Of a DNA stretch of 64,000 bases, positions 37,479 through 49,700 are shown piece by piece. How positions within the stretch are numbered: position 1 is the stretch's first letter; each line of letters starts with the position of its first letter. This DNA is from a virus. Where the stretch lies: positions 24,519 through 88,518 of the IMG/VR virus record IMGVR_UViG_3300049489_000842. One strand, given 5' to 3'. A model generated the notes under the pieces. That model ran no database searches and was not told where the DNA came from. It saw only the letters and a list, made by a program, of their open reading frames with translations. The position numbers and the translations under genes are program-made.

Positions 37479-37987
37479 ACCATTTCGTTTATCTGGTTAT
37501 CTAATAATTTTAATGATTCTCTGGATATACTTCCGTCTTCTTCAGTAAGGGATTCAAGGATGTCACATAGAGTTGTAGTCTTTTCAATCTCCTCTACTTG
37601 TTCATTGAGATATTTCTGAGCTAAAGCTAACGTCATAAAAGATCCTTCTTCCATAGCTGCTTTAGCAAGCTTCTCGCATTGATTTGTAATCTCTACTTCA
37701 TGCTTAAATGCTGCAATAAGTACGTCTTTTAAACAAGGGAAAGTATCAGGTTCTGGAGCTTTTAAAGCCGGAACTGTAGGATTAATATCAAGGGAAAGTA
37801 GATACTTGTATGCCCATTCTGCGTGAGTAGCTTCTTCTTCTGAATACTTTTTGAACAGTTTTTCTGCTCCAAGGTATCCATGGTATCCCATACAAATAGA
37901 CATCCTTTTATAGAGCCTACTTGAGTACTCTTCCTGTTCTATTCTATAGTTCAGAAGATCAATAAGTTTTTTAGGTAGTAAATCCAT
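37475..37987 (-). CDS. ftnA: non-haem ferritin
   Basis: LN..I..E..SS.LY, EE..HA, HE..IT, YL.EQVEE ferroxidase ligands. Confidence 0.88.
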   Translation of the reverse strand: MDLLPKKLIDLLNYRIEQEEYSSRLYKRMSICMGYHGYLGAEKLFKKYSEEEATHAEWAYKYLLSLDINPTVPALKAPEPDTFPCLKDVLIAAFKHEVEITNQCEKLAKAAMEEGSFMTLALAQKYLNEQVEEIEKTTTLCDILESLTEEDGSISRESLKLLDNQINEMV

Positions 37988-37998
37988 CTTTATAAAAT

Positions 37999-40900
37999 TT
38001 AATTTTTATATCTTTTCTTTTTAAGTACTCTTTGTGGGGTCTTATCAAAAGATGCTGTAGATTCTAGTGTTTCGGTTGGAGTATCCTGAACCATAATATG
38101 TACACCATATTCAGCTTTAATACTTGTTTCCCCCCTTACCATTTGCACACCTTCATCTCCTATTTTTAGTTTAATACCTCCATTAGCATGTGATGGTCCT
38201 TCTAAATCTTTAACAAGTTCCCACTTTCCACCTACAAAGTTATTACTATTTTTAATATAGGCTCCATCTTTTTTATCAGATTTACCACCGACTAAACTCC
38301 AAGAGTCGCTTTTTATTCCATGGTTTCTTGCTTGTACAATACCTCCATATTTCATGTTATGTTGGCCTATTTTAGCATTAGATAAGCTCCATGTTTCCCC
38401 TGAGTAGTGATAAGGTTTAGTTATAACTAAACCGTGTTCTGCATATATGGAAGGATTAGCGTCAACAGCTGTCCATCTAGAACCGGTTTTAGCCCCACCT
38501 CCACATTTAGAAATTAGTTCTTTACCCAAAGAAACAAGGCTTTTAAGATTTATATTATCCAGAATAGAATCATTATCCAGTTTATCTTTTAAACTTTTAG
38601 AAACATCATTATTTCCAATAACTTTATTGGAAAACTTAGCTACCTTTTCTAGGTATGCTTGAAACTCATCCGGAGCCTCAGTAGATACTATTTCAGTATT
38701 TACTGGGGTTTTTTCTTTTTTTACAGGCTCAACGATAGCTTCCTCATTTTGCTCCGGATTAAACGTTCTGTCTATACCTAATCTTTTATATAAGTCGGTT
38801 ATGAGTGTATTTGCATCTCTTTTTGCTCTTTTACTCTCTCCATTTTCTACGATATCATTTAAAACAGATAAGGCAATAGCAGCTTTATCAATAGGAATAT
38901 CTTTCTTAAAATCCCTAATCATCTCTGATATATAGTCATACTTATTTGAGTCTACTTTATTATTCCATACAGTTTTCCAGTCTTTTGCTGAATCTATAAA
39001 GGATTCTATATACTCTTTAAGTACCTGCTTAAAAATATCTGGCTCCATTATAACCATCTGGTTTATCTGGTTGACAAAGACAGTACCTTTAGGTTTAATC
39101 ACATCTCCGTTATATGGCATGTAGTTATTGAATGTTTTTGTCTTTCCGCTTCCACTCATATCTGGCATAACTAATTCTACCTGAGATATCGTAAGTACAT
39201 CCGCTATAATACTTTCTATAAACTCGTCGTTAAGTCCAAGAGCTTTTAGTAAAGACCTATACAACTGTTTAGCTGCTTCCCATATCTTTTTGCCTAAGTT
39301 AGTCTTTAGCATAGTAGGTTCGGACCCGGCATGAGCAACAAACTCATGAATGTTGGATAAAGAGTATAAGTAAGTAGAGTTAGCCATACCTGTTATACCC
39401 CTCATCTTAGCTAATTCCATCTCTGTAAATGAGGATACTTTTGTGAAATAGCTTATATCCTGGTTTATCTTTTCTCTCTCTTCCGGATTAGTAGTTGTCT
39501 CTAACCTTGTTCTCAAATCTTGAATCGCAAGGCTGGCTTTCCTTTTTTCAATAAGCTCTTTATAAGCACTTACTTGAAGAGCATGAGTAGAGATTCTTTT
39601 AAGCATCTCTAGTGTGTCTAAAGAAGCTTCTCTGTAATTAGCAAAGATTGACAGCTTAAACGTGTTCTTCATGTTGTCATTAACAGCAAAGGCGTCTATT
39701 CCATTTGCCATTAATTGCTGCATATTTTCTATAGCCTTAATTACTTCCGGTGTATTAGTGACTTTCCCTTGTAAGTTCGGGTCTAGTTGACTATTTATGG
39801 TCCTGTAAGTTAGGAGATGAATTTGCTCATGAAGTATTGTCTTTAAAAGATGTGTGTCTGAGTGTTTATTCAGTTTGGTTATATTGTTGTTTATAGTAAT
39901 ACTCGGAACTTTGCCTGGTTTAAACTCACCTGCAACATTCTCACCAAGCTTATCACTGAAAACTATAGGTACTTGATCATTGCCTGGCATAGCTTTATAA
40001 GATAAGAATAAAGGAAGTAACTCTGTCGGTACATTATCAATTTCTACAAAGTTGAGTAAATCTTTTAATGTCTTTATATCTTCTTTATTATCCGCGATAT
40101 CCTTAGCCAGGCGATTTCTGTTTTCCTTATAAGAAGCTTTGTCTTCATTTATAGAGGAAACATTTTTAGTCTCTTTATTGAAAGAGTACACCTTAATAGC
40201 TTTTCCTCTATTAGTTTGTATAGGAACGAATAGATTTTCTCCTATATTCCTCAACATGACTTTATATGGAGATTTAGTTTCTTCGTTATACTTTATAATG
40301 TTTAAGTATAATGGAGGATCTCCACCATCATAAGAATAATTACCTTCTCCCATAGGGGTAAAATCTTTTGCAAGAACCCCCCTTATTTTGTCTGGATGAT
40401 TTCTTACATATTGGTTAAGAAAAGACTCTACATCTACATAAGAACCTGTCTTTAAAATCTTACTTAGTATTTCTGCCGGTATAAACTTTTTAAAAGAAGT
40501 TCCTTTTCTTCCACCTTTTATTAAGGAGTAGTATACTAATTGCTGTGCAATATGAGAAGGATTTATTCCAGAAGGAAGTACAAGGTTCGACTGCAGTAAA
40601 GATATGAAAGAAGCGTAGATGGCATTATCATCATAGCTATCTCCAGCAATCCTATTATAATCTATAACAACTGTTTCATCCTCTACCTTTATATCTAAAC
40701 TCTGGATAAACTTATTTGTTTTTCCGAATTCGGTTTCTTTTAAAGCAAGAAGGTTGGAATACAAACTGCCTCTTCCTGTTTCGAAGAAAAGTTTATCCCT
40801 TAGCTCGTCTACATTTTCAGACACAAAATTTGTCTGTAAGAAGTGTACATACTCATTTCTAAGATCATATAATTCCGACTCATTTAAATCTCTTCCTTTT

Positions 40901-43900
40901 ATTTTCTGTAATGCCTCCACTGTAGTTTCAAAAAACCCGGAAGTCTCTATAAACTTTCCACCAAAATACTTCAGCAAAGCATTGGCTCCGTAGAAAGTAT
41001 CGAATCCTGCTTGTGTAGTTGGCTCTACAAAAATGCCCTCTTCTTTAGCATAATTACCTAGTAACTCATTAGATCCAACTACTTTACTTTTTTGTAGTTT
41101 ATCTGCTCTTTCTGACCGTTTTTTAGTTACATAGAAATTCTTATGTAATCCTTTAGAATCCAGGTTTAACAATTGCTTAACAGCACCTATACTTCTACTA
41201 TGATCTGATAAAAGTATGTACTTACTAAGTAATGCTACCTGAGTAACACCAAAGTCACTTCCGTATTCTTCAGGAGATTCTATCATAGTCATCATTGCTT
41301 CGAAAGCATCTATACCTTCAAAGTCAGCTTTACCTTCATGCATAGACTCTATGTAAGTAGGTATTAAAGCTGTAACTTTACCATCTTCTCCTTTAACCTC
41401 TTTAGGTGGAGAAAATTCCTGTAATAACTGCTGAAATATATCCTCTTTTGTAAGTTTAGATGAACCTGAAAAAGACCCTTCTGCATTATTCAAAAGTTTT
41501 ATGTACTTCTTAATAATAGGTTGAGACATAAATGCAGATGTTATCTCCTCCTCAAATCCCAGCATACTAAGTAAAGCATAAACCCCAGCTGTTTTTTCAT
41601 TGAGGTTTATCTTTGCCATGTACTCTAGATTAGCGTTATCTACAGATATGTTTTGTAACCCAACAATAAGGGCTGTAATTAATCCTGGGTTTTCCTTTTT
41701 TAAGGATGTTTCCTCTGACAAAACACCTGAAGAATCTTTATACTTATTTCCGAATCTTACTCCTGTATTTACACTGCCATCTTTATTTCTTGTGTGTCTA
41801 GTAGATATAGGTAGCAATTCTATAATAGGACCATTAGGACCTATTATAGCTTTTCCTTTTTCATCCAATGCAGGATAATACTCTGAGATGACAGATTTGT
41901 TACCTTGAGATAAAGCATTAAATATACTGTCAGAAGAAAAGATAGATATACCATCTTTACCGGCAGAGCCGTCTTCTAATTTTTTATTGTGATATTTTCT
42001 TGATATTATAGAATCTACAGCTTTATTTTTATTGTAGGCCTTATCTATTCTTTGAGCCATTTCAGGAAACTTTCCTGATGTAAGAGGTTTTATTACAGAA
42101 GACATTGCTTCTTTTCCTAATAATACAGATTCATGTATCTCTACTATAGTATTTTGCATATTCTTCCTGTATAGCTCTTTAAGCTCATCCCTCTCCTCTT
42201 CTAACTCTTTTATTTTCTGTAGAACTTCCTGAACCTCATCGGAGGATTTTACTTCTGTTTTCAGTTGTGGTATAGATTCTTTTAAAGCTTTACCTAGCAT
42301 TAAAGCCTTTGTAGCTTTTGATACATTTTTACCCTTCAACTGTTCTTTTAAGTGAGCACGTTCCTCCTTAATCCTATCTTTTATAGAGGAGTCTACAAGT
42401 TCTTTTTTAGATGAATATAATTTTTCTATATGCTCATCTATCTCTAATACTTTTTTAGTATAATATTCGGTACTAATTTCTTTTATCTTCTCAATAGACT
42501 TGGTTTCTTCATTATACTTATAGTTTTTCATATAAGAATAAAGCTTATCCACGTCGAAGTCAGATCCCATTTGTACAACAAAATCTTGTGGGGCTATTAC
42601 TAAATCACCCGAAGCGTAAGGTATAAATCCTACTATCTCTACTACAGACATACTTTGTTGTAGTTGTGTTGGTATACGAAATGATGGGCTTAATAAAAGT
42701 TCTTTAGGAAGTTTAGAAGTATCTATTCTATTAGTTCCTTTTATTAAAAAGTCTTTTACATCTAAGAGTTTTCCATCACTTCCCCTAAACTTAAAAGGAA
42801 GTAAAACTTGTGCTGGAAGTACTTCTCCTGTTTTAGGATCAATCCTTTGAGGTAATAATCCTACTTCAGGATTGAAACTGTCAGTATACATTATACCACC
42901 ATTCTTATCAAACTCTTCAGTACCTTCCCAAGCTTTAAATCCTATTTCCGCACCTAATACAGAACTAGTACCTGGCATATCCTGCTTTAAGATAAACCTT
43001 TTAACTACAGAGTTAATAAGAGCCATGTAATTATCTGCATAATCGCTAGCCCATAAAGGAACTTCAAACTCACCTTTCTTGTTTATTCGAAGTCCATTCT
43101 TTAATGTAATACTGCCTTCCTTTCTTCTCTCGAGTTCTGTCAAAAGTAGCCTGGCTAATTTTCTATTATCTACTACTCTATTTTTACTTTCACTTCCATC
43201 AGGATGAGTAGTGATTTTTTCTATAGTTATAAAATCCTCTAAATCTTCTAATCCAAGTTTATACAGTTGCTCATAAGTGCTATTATATATATCCCTTAAT
43301 CTTCTACCGTTATAAGTATTCCCTCTAAAAGTAAATGTCTTTTTAAGTAGGTTTGCAAATAGTAGTTTAGATTCCTGAGAACCTTTTGTTGTATGGTCTT
43401 TATCTTCTTTAAAAGGTACGGATTGCTGTATCCTCAATCCACTTGAATCTAGTGTTCTATAACTCTTACTAAAATCTAAGTCTTTTAAGATATTTCCCTT
43501 TTCATCAAATATTACAGCCGGCTCCGATATATTTCCTACTTTAACTGCTGATGAATAAGCTATTCTGACAGGAATAAAATTACCATTTTCATCTTTCTCC
43601 AACTTCTCAGCAGCTTTAGCTATTGAGCTGAGTTGTAAGTCACCATTATAAATCTGGGGAAGTAGTGGGAAAGTAGAACTTTTAATGTAAGTCTTTCTAT
43701 AAAACTTTCTTGTACCTGACGAATCCACATTTACTAATTCAGTATTAGCATACACCGGTTTTCTGGGTCCTAAAACTTTCTTTAAGACATCTCCGGTAAG
43801 TTCTTTACCTGAGTTTATAGTGTCATATGCTAGTTGGTATTCTTCTGAGGAAAGTTCTCCATACCTCTTCATTTCCATTAAGTGAGTTTTCCAGGTAACA

Positions 43901-46749
43901 TACTCCTGGCCATCAGTAGATGTCATTTTACTTTTTCCGAAAGAAAAGTAAGGAGCAGATACCATGGACTCTAACTTTCTAGTTATATCAGAAAGGGCTA
44001 TTTCGTCTTCGGTAGTGTCCTCTCTATTCTCATCTTTCTTTGCCGATGCTACCTTTTCTGAAAGTAGTTCGTATTTTTGCTGCATGGCTCGGAAAGTAGA
44101 ACCTTCAATACCATCCAATACCTTTACAATATCTTCAATAACTTTAGATTCCCCTATTAAATCTTCTATAAATACCTGTCTGTGAAAAGGAGTTTCAGAA
44201 TAGTCAGCTTCTTCTCCAGGAGCTATTTCATTAGCCAACCTTTTTGTTATATTACTGTTCGTACCTGCCACATCTCTTTTATAGAATTGTGCTGGATCTC
44301 CTACAACTAGTTGGAAAAAGTTTGCAGCATTCAATTCTTCACTAAAAGTAAGATTAAATGCTAGTTCTGTAGCTGAATATCGTCCTTCAAGGACATCGGA
44401 CTTCTCGCTATTTATGTTTTGTGCATGGATCAGGTTATAGTTAGTATCTACTAGTCCCATAGATATCCATTCATTTAATCTACTGCTGGCTTTACTTTTA
44501 AGGTCAGATTTGATAGCTGTCTTTATTCCGCTGGAAACTGTTTGTATTCCTGTTTTAATATCCAGATTAGATTTATTCCTTAAGTTTATAAGGTAATCTA
44601 CAAGTTTAATATCTCCTTCTTCCTTCGTACTACTAAGTGTTCCGTCCTTCTTAACAAACATATCATTAAGGTAAGGAGTCATATAAAACAAATCCCCCTT
44701 GTACGTATCCAAGTCAAGAGCATCTACATAAGCGGAGTCAGAAGCTATAATCCTACTAATTTCTGCTCGAACTATTTTCTCATAGTATAAGTTTATACTA
44801 GCTTCTGAAAATAAGAATCCATTTCCTTTATCATTTTCTTTAGCTGCATTTATCATCAGCCCATTTAAAAGCATTCCCCTTGACTTATCAGAAAATGTAG
44901 GTAATAAGAAGGAACCTTTACTGTAAGATAATCCTTCTAGTGGACCTTTAGTATCTGTTTCTATCGAATTATTATAGTTTCTTGTGGCATACCCAATCAA
45001 TAACATCTCTAAATCTACCTCACTTAACTTAGTAAGTTCATCAGATCTATCATAAGTATCGTCTTGTTCTTTCTTAAGAATAGGCTGTAATGAAACATAC
45101 TGCATAGTAAACCAATCTTCAAAAGACTTACCTAAGTCTGTTTCTCCTTTGGATACATCTAGTAATTCCCGGTATAAAGACCGACTTGAAAACACTTCTT
45201 TTTTTAATTCCTGAAGTATACCTTTCTTATTCGTCTTTAAATCTTTTATTTTATTAGCTAAATGGTGGTTATTAGTGTATGTGTATATCAACTTATCTAC
45301 TACACGGAATACATTACTAAACTCACCTTTCGAGAAAGAAGATACTGCACGAGCTAAGGATTTAAAGAAAGTAGTATTAATGAAATTACTGTCTGCTTTC
45401 TTACCTTCTTGCATAAGCTTTAACTCATATACAAGCATTTTAGCTAAACTTATAGAGGCCGATGTATCCTTGTCTTTCTTTTCTTCTCTTTTAATAGAGA
45501 TATCGCGATTGAAGAAAGCATTCAGGAAATTCTCAGGTAAATCTAAACCTAGTTGAAAGAAAGCATTTTTTATAGGAGCTACGGCTTTAGTTTCATCCTT
45601 ACTTTTGATAGCCTCATTCAAATCATTTATAAGCATTCCTATTTTTTCAGGATCATAGAAACCTCTGGTTGTAACCATGGGTGACTTTAAATGGTACTTC
45701 GACCATTCATTAAGAACACGTCTATAAGCTGAATTTTCATTTTCATTCTTAATAGTAAGTGTGGATTTAAAACTTCCGTCTTTCTGTTTTTCCATAAACT
45801 GATATACAAAAAGCATATCTATTTTATGTTTAGCCATGTCTCTTACAAACATATACCGAGTATACTCATCAAGCTTGTACTTTCCTTTATTTGGACCTTC
45901 TGTTTCAACATCCATCTGTGCAATCAAATCCCCTAACCAGGCTAAATTACTATTCTTAAGTTTCTTTACCTCCTCATGTTTTTTCTTTAAAGCTTCAAGT
46001 ATACTTTCATAAGATGGATACACATTCTCTAAAAGTCTATGTAATTCATCATATACTATATTAAAATCCATGAAATCATGAGCACCGAAGAATGTTCTTT
46101 CAGGTATAAGATTCCCGCTTTTATCGAACTTTGACTTCCGGATAAAGGAGAAAAAAGCTTTCATCCTCCCCCCTAATTTTTTCTTACTGTCTGTTTCTAT
46201 TGAGTAATTATCTGAAAATGTAGTTCTCTCAGCATCCAGTTCTGTAAACTCCGAATCATCAATAACAATATCTTCCATAGGAGAACTATCTTCTATAGAT
46301 TCTTCAGTTACTGGAGCATCATCTTCTACTTTAATCTCCTTGTTGATTTTAAGGCCTACATTGTCTTTAAGATGCTTTATACTCATCTTGACAATCTGAC
46401 TTATATTATCCCTGGCTATTTTTAAAGCACTGTTGTTAAACTCAAATACCTCTTTAGCTGCGGTTACGTTGGCTTTAACAAGACTAAGACTTGCTAAAGA
46501 AGCTTCATTTGACTTTATTTTACTATTTATATCAGACAATAATTCTTCAGATAGGTTTTTGTCCGTGTACTTTTTACCTTCCCCTTTACTATTAAGAGCA
46601 TTCCTGTAAAAGTTATTAGCTGTATAGGTTACTATCTCCCTTTGTTGTTCAAAAGTAAGTCCTTCAATAAATAACTCTGGAGAATTCTTTACGATCTCTT
46701 TGTGTATCTCTTCTGTATAAAACAGGTTCTTTTCTATATTACAGTGCAT
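37999..46749 (-). CDS. virion-packaged two-barrel RNA polymerase (crAss-type), 2916 aa, with a C-terminal zincin domain
   Basis: TDGQ, RIPTQ...SM, catalytic GSDFDVDK (about 42547-42561), VDNA; HEQIH...HEFVA. Confidence 0.92.
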   Translation of the reverse strand: MHCNIEKNLFYTEEIHKEIVKNSPELFIEGLTFEQQREIVTYTANNFYRNALNSKGEGKKYTDKNLSEELLSDINSKIKSNEASLASLSLVKANVTAAKEVFEFNNSALKIARDNISQIVKMSIKHLKDNVGLKINKEIKVEDDAPVTEESIEDSSPMEDIVIDDSEFTELDAERTTFSDNYSIETDSKKKLGGRMKAFFSFIRKSKFDKSGNLIPERTFFGAHDFMDFNIVYDELHRLLENVYPSYESILEALKKKHEEVKKLKNSNLAWLGDLIAQMDVETEGPNKGKYKLDEYTRYMFVRDMAKHKIDMLFVYQFMEKQKDGSFKSTLTIKNENENSAYRRVLNEWSKYHLKSPMVTTRGFYDPEKIGMLINDLNEAIKSKDETKAVAPIKNAFFQLGLDLPENFLNAFFNRDISIKREEKKDKDTSASISLAKMLVYELKLMQEGKKADSNFINTTFFKSLARAVSSFSKGEFSNVFRVVDKLIYTYTNNHHLANKIKDLKTNKKGILQELKKEVFSSRSLYRELLDVSKGETDLGKSFEDWFTMQYVSLQPILKKEQDDTYDRSDELTKLSEVDLEMLLIGYATRNYNNSIETDTKGPLEGLSYSKGSFLLPTFSDKSRGMLLNGLMINAAKENDKGNGFLFSEASINLYYEKIVRAEISRIIASDSAYVDALDLDTYKGDLFYMTPYLNDMFVKKDGTLSSTKEEGDIKLVDYLINLRNKSNLDIKTGIQTVSSGIKTAIKSDLKSKASSRLNEWISMGLVDTNYNLIHAQNINSEKSDVLEGRYSATELAFNLTFSEELNAANFFQLVVGDPAQFYKRDVAGTNSNITKRLANEIAPGEEADYSETPFHRQVFIEDLIGESKVIEDIVKVLDGIEGSTFRAMQQKYELLSEKVASAKKDENREDTTEDEIALSDITRKLESMVSAPYFSFGKSKMTSTDGQEYVTWKTHLMEMKRYGELSSEEYQLAYDTINSGKELTGDVLKKVLGPRKPVYANTELVNVDSSGTRKFYRKTYIKSSTFPLLPQIYNGDLQLSSIAKAAEKLEKDENGNFIPVRIAYSSAVKVGNISEPAVIFDEKGNILKDLDFSKSYRTLDSSGLRIQQSVPFKEDKDHTTKGSQESKLLFANLLKKTFTFRGNTYNGRRLRDIYNSTYEQLYKLGLEDLEDFITIEKITTHPDGSESKNRVVDNRKLARLLLTELERRKEGSITLKNGLRINKKGEFEVPLWASDYADNYMALINSVVKRFILKQDMPGTSSVLGAEIGFKAWEGTEEFDKNGGIMYTDSFNPEVGLLPQRIDPKTGEVLPAQVLLPFKFRGSDGKLLDVKDFLIKGTNRIDTSKLPKELLLSPSFRIPTQLQQSMSVVEIVGFIPYASGDLVIAPQDFVVQMGSDFDVDKLYSYMKNYKYNEETKSIEKIKEISTEYYTKKVLEIDEHIEKLYSSKKELVDSSIKDRIKEERAHLKEQLKGKNVSKATKALMLGKALKESIPQLKTEVKSSDEVQEVLQKIKELEEERDELKELYRKNMQNTIVEIHESVLLGKEAMSSVIKPLTSGKFPEMAQRIDKAYNKNKAVDSIISRKYHNKKLEDGSAGKDGISIFSSDSIFNALSQGNKSVISEYYPALDEKGKAIIGPNGPIIELLPISTRHTRNKDGSVNTGVRFGNKYKDSSGVLSEETSLKKENPGLITALIVGLQNISVDNANLEYMAKINLNEKTAGVYALLSMLGFEEEITSAFMSQPIIKKYIKLLNNAEGSFSGSSKLTKEDIFQQLLQEFSPPKEVKGEDGKVTALIPTYIESMHEGKADFEGIDAFEAMMTMIESPEEYGSDFGVTQVALLSKYILLSDHSRSIGAVKQLLNLDSKGLHKNFYVTKKRSERADKLQKSKVVGSNELLGNYAKEEGIFVEPTTQAGFDTFYGANALLKYFGGKFIETSGFFETTVEALQKIKGRDLNESELYDLRNEYVHFLQTNFVSENVDELRDKLFFETGRGSLYSNLLALKETEFGKTNKFIQSLDIKVEDETVVIDYNRIAGDSYDDNAIYASFISLLQSNLVLPSGINPSHIAQQLVYYSLIKGGRKGTSFKKFIPAEILSKILKTGSYVDVESFLNQYVRNHPDKIRGVLAKDFTPMGEGNYSYDGGDPPLYLNIIKYNEETKSPYKVMLRNIGENLFVPIQTNRGKAIKVYSFNKETKNVSSINEDKASYKENRNRLAKDIADNKEDIKTLKDLLNFVEIDNVPTELLPLFLSYKAMPGNDQVPIVFSDKLGENVAGEFKPGKVPSITINNNITKLNKHSDTHLLKTILHEQIHLLTYRTINSQLDPNLQGKVTNTPEVIKAIENMQQLMANGIDAFAVNDNMKNTFKLSIFANYREASLDTLEMLKRISTHALQVSAYKELIEKRKASLAIQDLRTRLETTTNPEEREKINQDISYFTKVSSFTEMELAKMRGITGMANSTYLYSLSNIHEFVAHAGSEPTMLKTNLGKKIWEAAKQLYRSLLKALGLNDEFIESIIADVLTISQVELVMPDMSGSGKTKTFNNYMPYNGDVIKPKGTVFVNQINQMVIMEPDIFKQVLKEYIESFIDSAKDWKTVWNNKVDSNKYDYISEMIRDFKKDIPIDKAAIALSVLNDIVENGESKRAKRDANTLITDLYKRLGIDRTFNPEQNEEAIVEPVKKEKTPVNTEIVSTEAPDEFQAYLEKVAKFSNKVIGNNDVSKSLKDKLDNDSILDNINLKSLVSLGKELISKCGGGAKTGSRWTAVDANPSIYAEHGLVITKPYHYSGETWSLSNAKIGQHNMKYGGIVQARNHGIKSDSWSLVGGKSDKKDGAYIKNSNNFVGGKWELVKDLEGPSHANGGIKLKIGDEGVQMVRGETSIKAEYGVHIMVQDTPTETLESTASFDKTPQRVLKKKRYKN

Positions 46750-46755
46750 ATATCT

Positions 46756-49700
46756 TTAGTTGCAAGGTTTTTGACTTCTATTTTCTGTTTCACTTAATGC
46801 TAAAGCTTTGATAAGGCCTTCTAAATCAACATTACTTAACCCAGACTTCCTTATCCCTTCTACTTCTTCCATTAACCCTTCTATCTCTTCTATAGTAGAA
46901 GTTGTCGAATAGAATAAAGCTTCAGCAAGAATTTTACTTTCGTTACCTAACGAGATATAAAAATCTCTAGTCTTTACATCATTTCCCGGTTGACTTTTAT
47001 AAACCATAGATCTTGTTACCACCGTTTCTACTTCATCCTTAGGATTAGGGTGCTTGACAGCTTCTATAAGCTTGTATGCAAAGTCCTTATCCTGAAATTC
47101 ATCTATAAGCTCTTCAACAGTTGTAAGTGGACTTAAAGATAGAGATTTTCCAGGAAAATACTTACTTAAATCTATAGCACTTTCTATTTTTACTTCTTCC
47201 TCCCTTTCTCCTATAGAGGATTTATCTCTGTTCTTTTTATCTATTTCCTCTATAATACTATAGTTTTCGATAAATGTAACTACTGGTAGAGTATTACTCT
47301 GGCTGTTTATTTTTATGAAAGCTTCCAGAGCTTTAACATCATTGGGTTTAACACCCAACTTATTAAGTTTACCTATAACATGGTTAATAGAATGTTTTTT
47401 AATTATAGCCTCTTCTATTATTTTCCCTACTTCGGTTAACGTAGCGGTATCCATTACAACCTCATTTGACTTTTTGTGGTTTATAATAATAGATGCTTTT
47501 CCATGTTCTTTAAAGAATTGTTCAATTTCCCCCTTACTCTCTTCTTTGTCTACATCCTTTATAGGACCCTCAGTGCTTATATCAAAGTCTACAATGTTTT
47601 GTATAGTATAAGCATTACTTCCATCAGGAAGTGGTATTGGCTGCAAAGAAGTAGTTGTATTTGTCTTTACAAAATCTCTATATGTAGGTTGCTCTATAAT
47701 ATCCCAGTTTCCTTCTGCGTTTCTAATTGCTACTTTAGGTGGGGTTTTCGATGTGATACTTTTCTTATTAATAGCAAACCTTATCTTACTATCTATGTAA
47801 GAAAATAAAACTTCTACGGCTGCAGAAGTGTTTTGCATATTTTTCCTATCTATCTGTACAGAACCATAATTAGCGAAACTTATAACTCCGGTTTCCAGGT
47901 TTATACCTACCATTATAGTTCCATTAGTGGATCCTAATTCCGCTATCGATTCAACAGTACCTTCTGTGTTATCTATAACATACATAAACTGAGAAAGCAT
48001 GTCTCGTAATCCTTTGGGAGATACTATATCTATATTAAACCTTTTCTTAAAAAAGTCAATTGTTTTCTTACTTTCCTGTTTCCCAGGTTCTAGATATGCA
48101 GATATTAGTGTCTTGGCTGAATCCTTCAAACCAGCATTTAAAAAAGTATGTGTTAGTGGTTCCGCATGGTATACCATTTTACCATCTACTCCTTTATTAA
48201 GTGGCACTAATATAAAAGGTGTACCCATTGGGTATAAGTTTACACTCTCCTTATTTAATACTTTAGTCCCTGATGGTAAACCTATAAGATTATCTCCTAC
48301 AGATAAAATAACAATCGGTGTATTTTCTTGTACCTGGTCAGATGTTTTTACCTTTTGTCCTATCTTCCTGGAGATTCTAAACCCTTTATACAATCCATTT
48401 TCGAACTTTATTACCTTATGCCGTACTGTACCTTTTACAGCACCTTCTTTTTTAGATTTAAAATGTTCGAATACTGTGGATCTTTTTTCGCGCATCTTTG
48501 CTTGATGCCCTGCTATTACTTCTTCAGAAGCTCTAAGTTTATTCATCCAGTTAGGTGTATGCATGTAACCCACATGCTCATCATTTATCCCCTTAATCCT
48601 TACAGGAATAAAGTCTTCTGGTATTACACCTTCCAGTTCATACTCTTTCGTAAATTCTATAAAAACCGGGTCCGTTACATCGCGTATATCTCCTTTCTCA
48701 TTTATTAAATACTTCTTTATATCCTCGAAATACACAGTATCTCCGTTTTGTTTTAAAGAAACACGGCCTTTATAATTCATCTGTACTTCAAAAATTAAAG
48801 GTGTACCTTCATTATACTTCTCTGGATTTAGTACAGGAGAAGCTGATATTTCTGGATTGGAGTTATCTACTTGTATTTTATTTCCGTTCTCGTCTAAAGT
48901 AGTAATGTAACTCACAGATAAGTGCGCTATAGAACTTGTAGGATCTAGGTTACTACTAGTACCTTCATTATCAAAAGACTCTTCTAATACATCTTCGAAA
49001 TTGTTATTTGTAGAGTGGCTTTCAAGTATAATCTCCTCCACAATAACATCTGTATACTCACTAGTCATTCCTTCGGGATACATAACTATAGGATCCGCGT
49101 TACTAAACCGGCTATAAGTTTCCGGCAAAGATTCCCCTTTATAGTAAGTATTATAGATATCTTTCAAAGCACTATAGTTTTCACTTACAAACCTCTCATT
49201 CATAGCATTTCTTACATACTCTACAAATGAATTGAAATCTTGAAACATAGACTTAAAATCAGCCGTATCATCTTTAGTCGGTCTGTCTCCTTTCTCCCTC
49301 ATCAAAGCTTTTACCAGGCCTTTTAAATTTTTAGCTGTTTGGGAAGAAACTTTACTTAACTCCTTTTCTTTTTTCTTTTTAGCAGACTCGAATGCTTTTG
49401 CATCATCTTCTGTTTGTACTTGAGATTCTAGATTCAGTAATTCTGCTCTTCCTGTTTGAGCTATTACTTTATCTTTCACTATATCAAATAAAAACTCTTC
49501 TGGTATTTTACCATCAAGTCCTTCTCTACTAGCTATTTCTTTTTTATTTAAAATCTTCTCCTCAAGTTCATGTTGTTCTTTTTCTTTAGAAAGGTCTTCT
49601 CTATTAGAAGTATAGGTATCTAAAATCTCATCCATTACATCATTATAAAGTTGCTCTGGATTTTTTGCAGTTTTACCGGATGCTATAGCCACATCAATCT

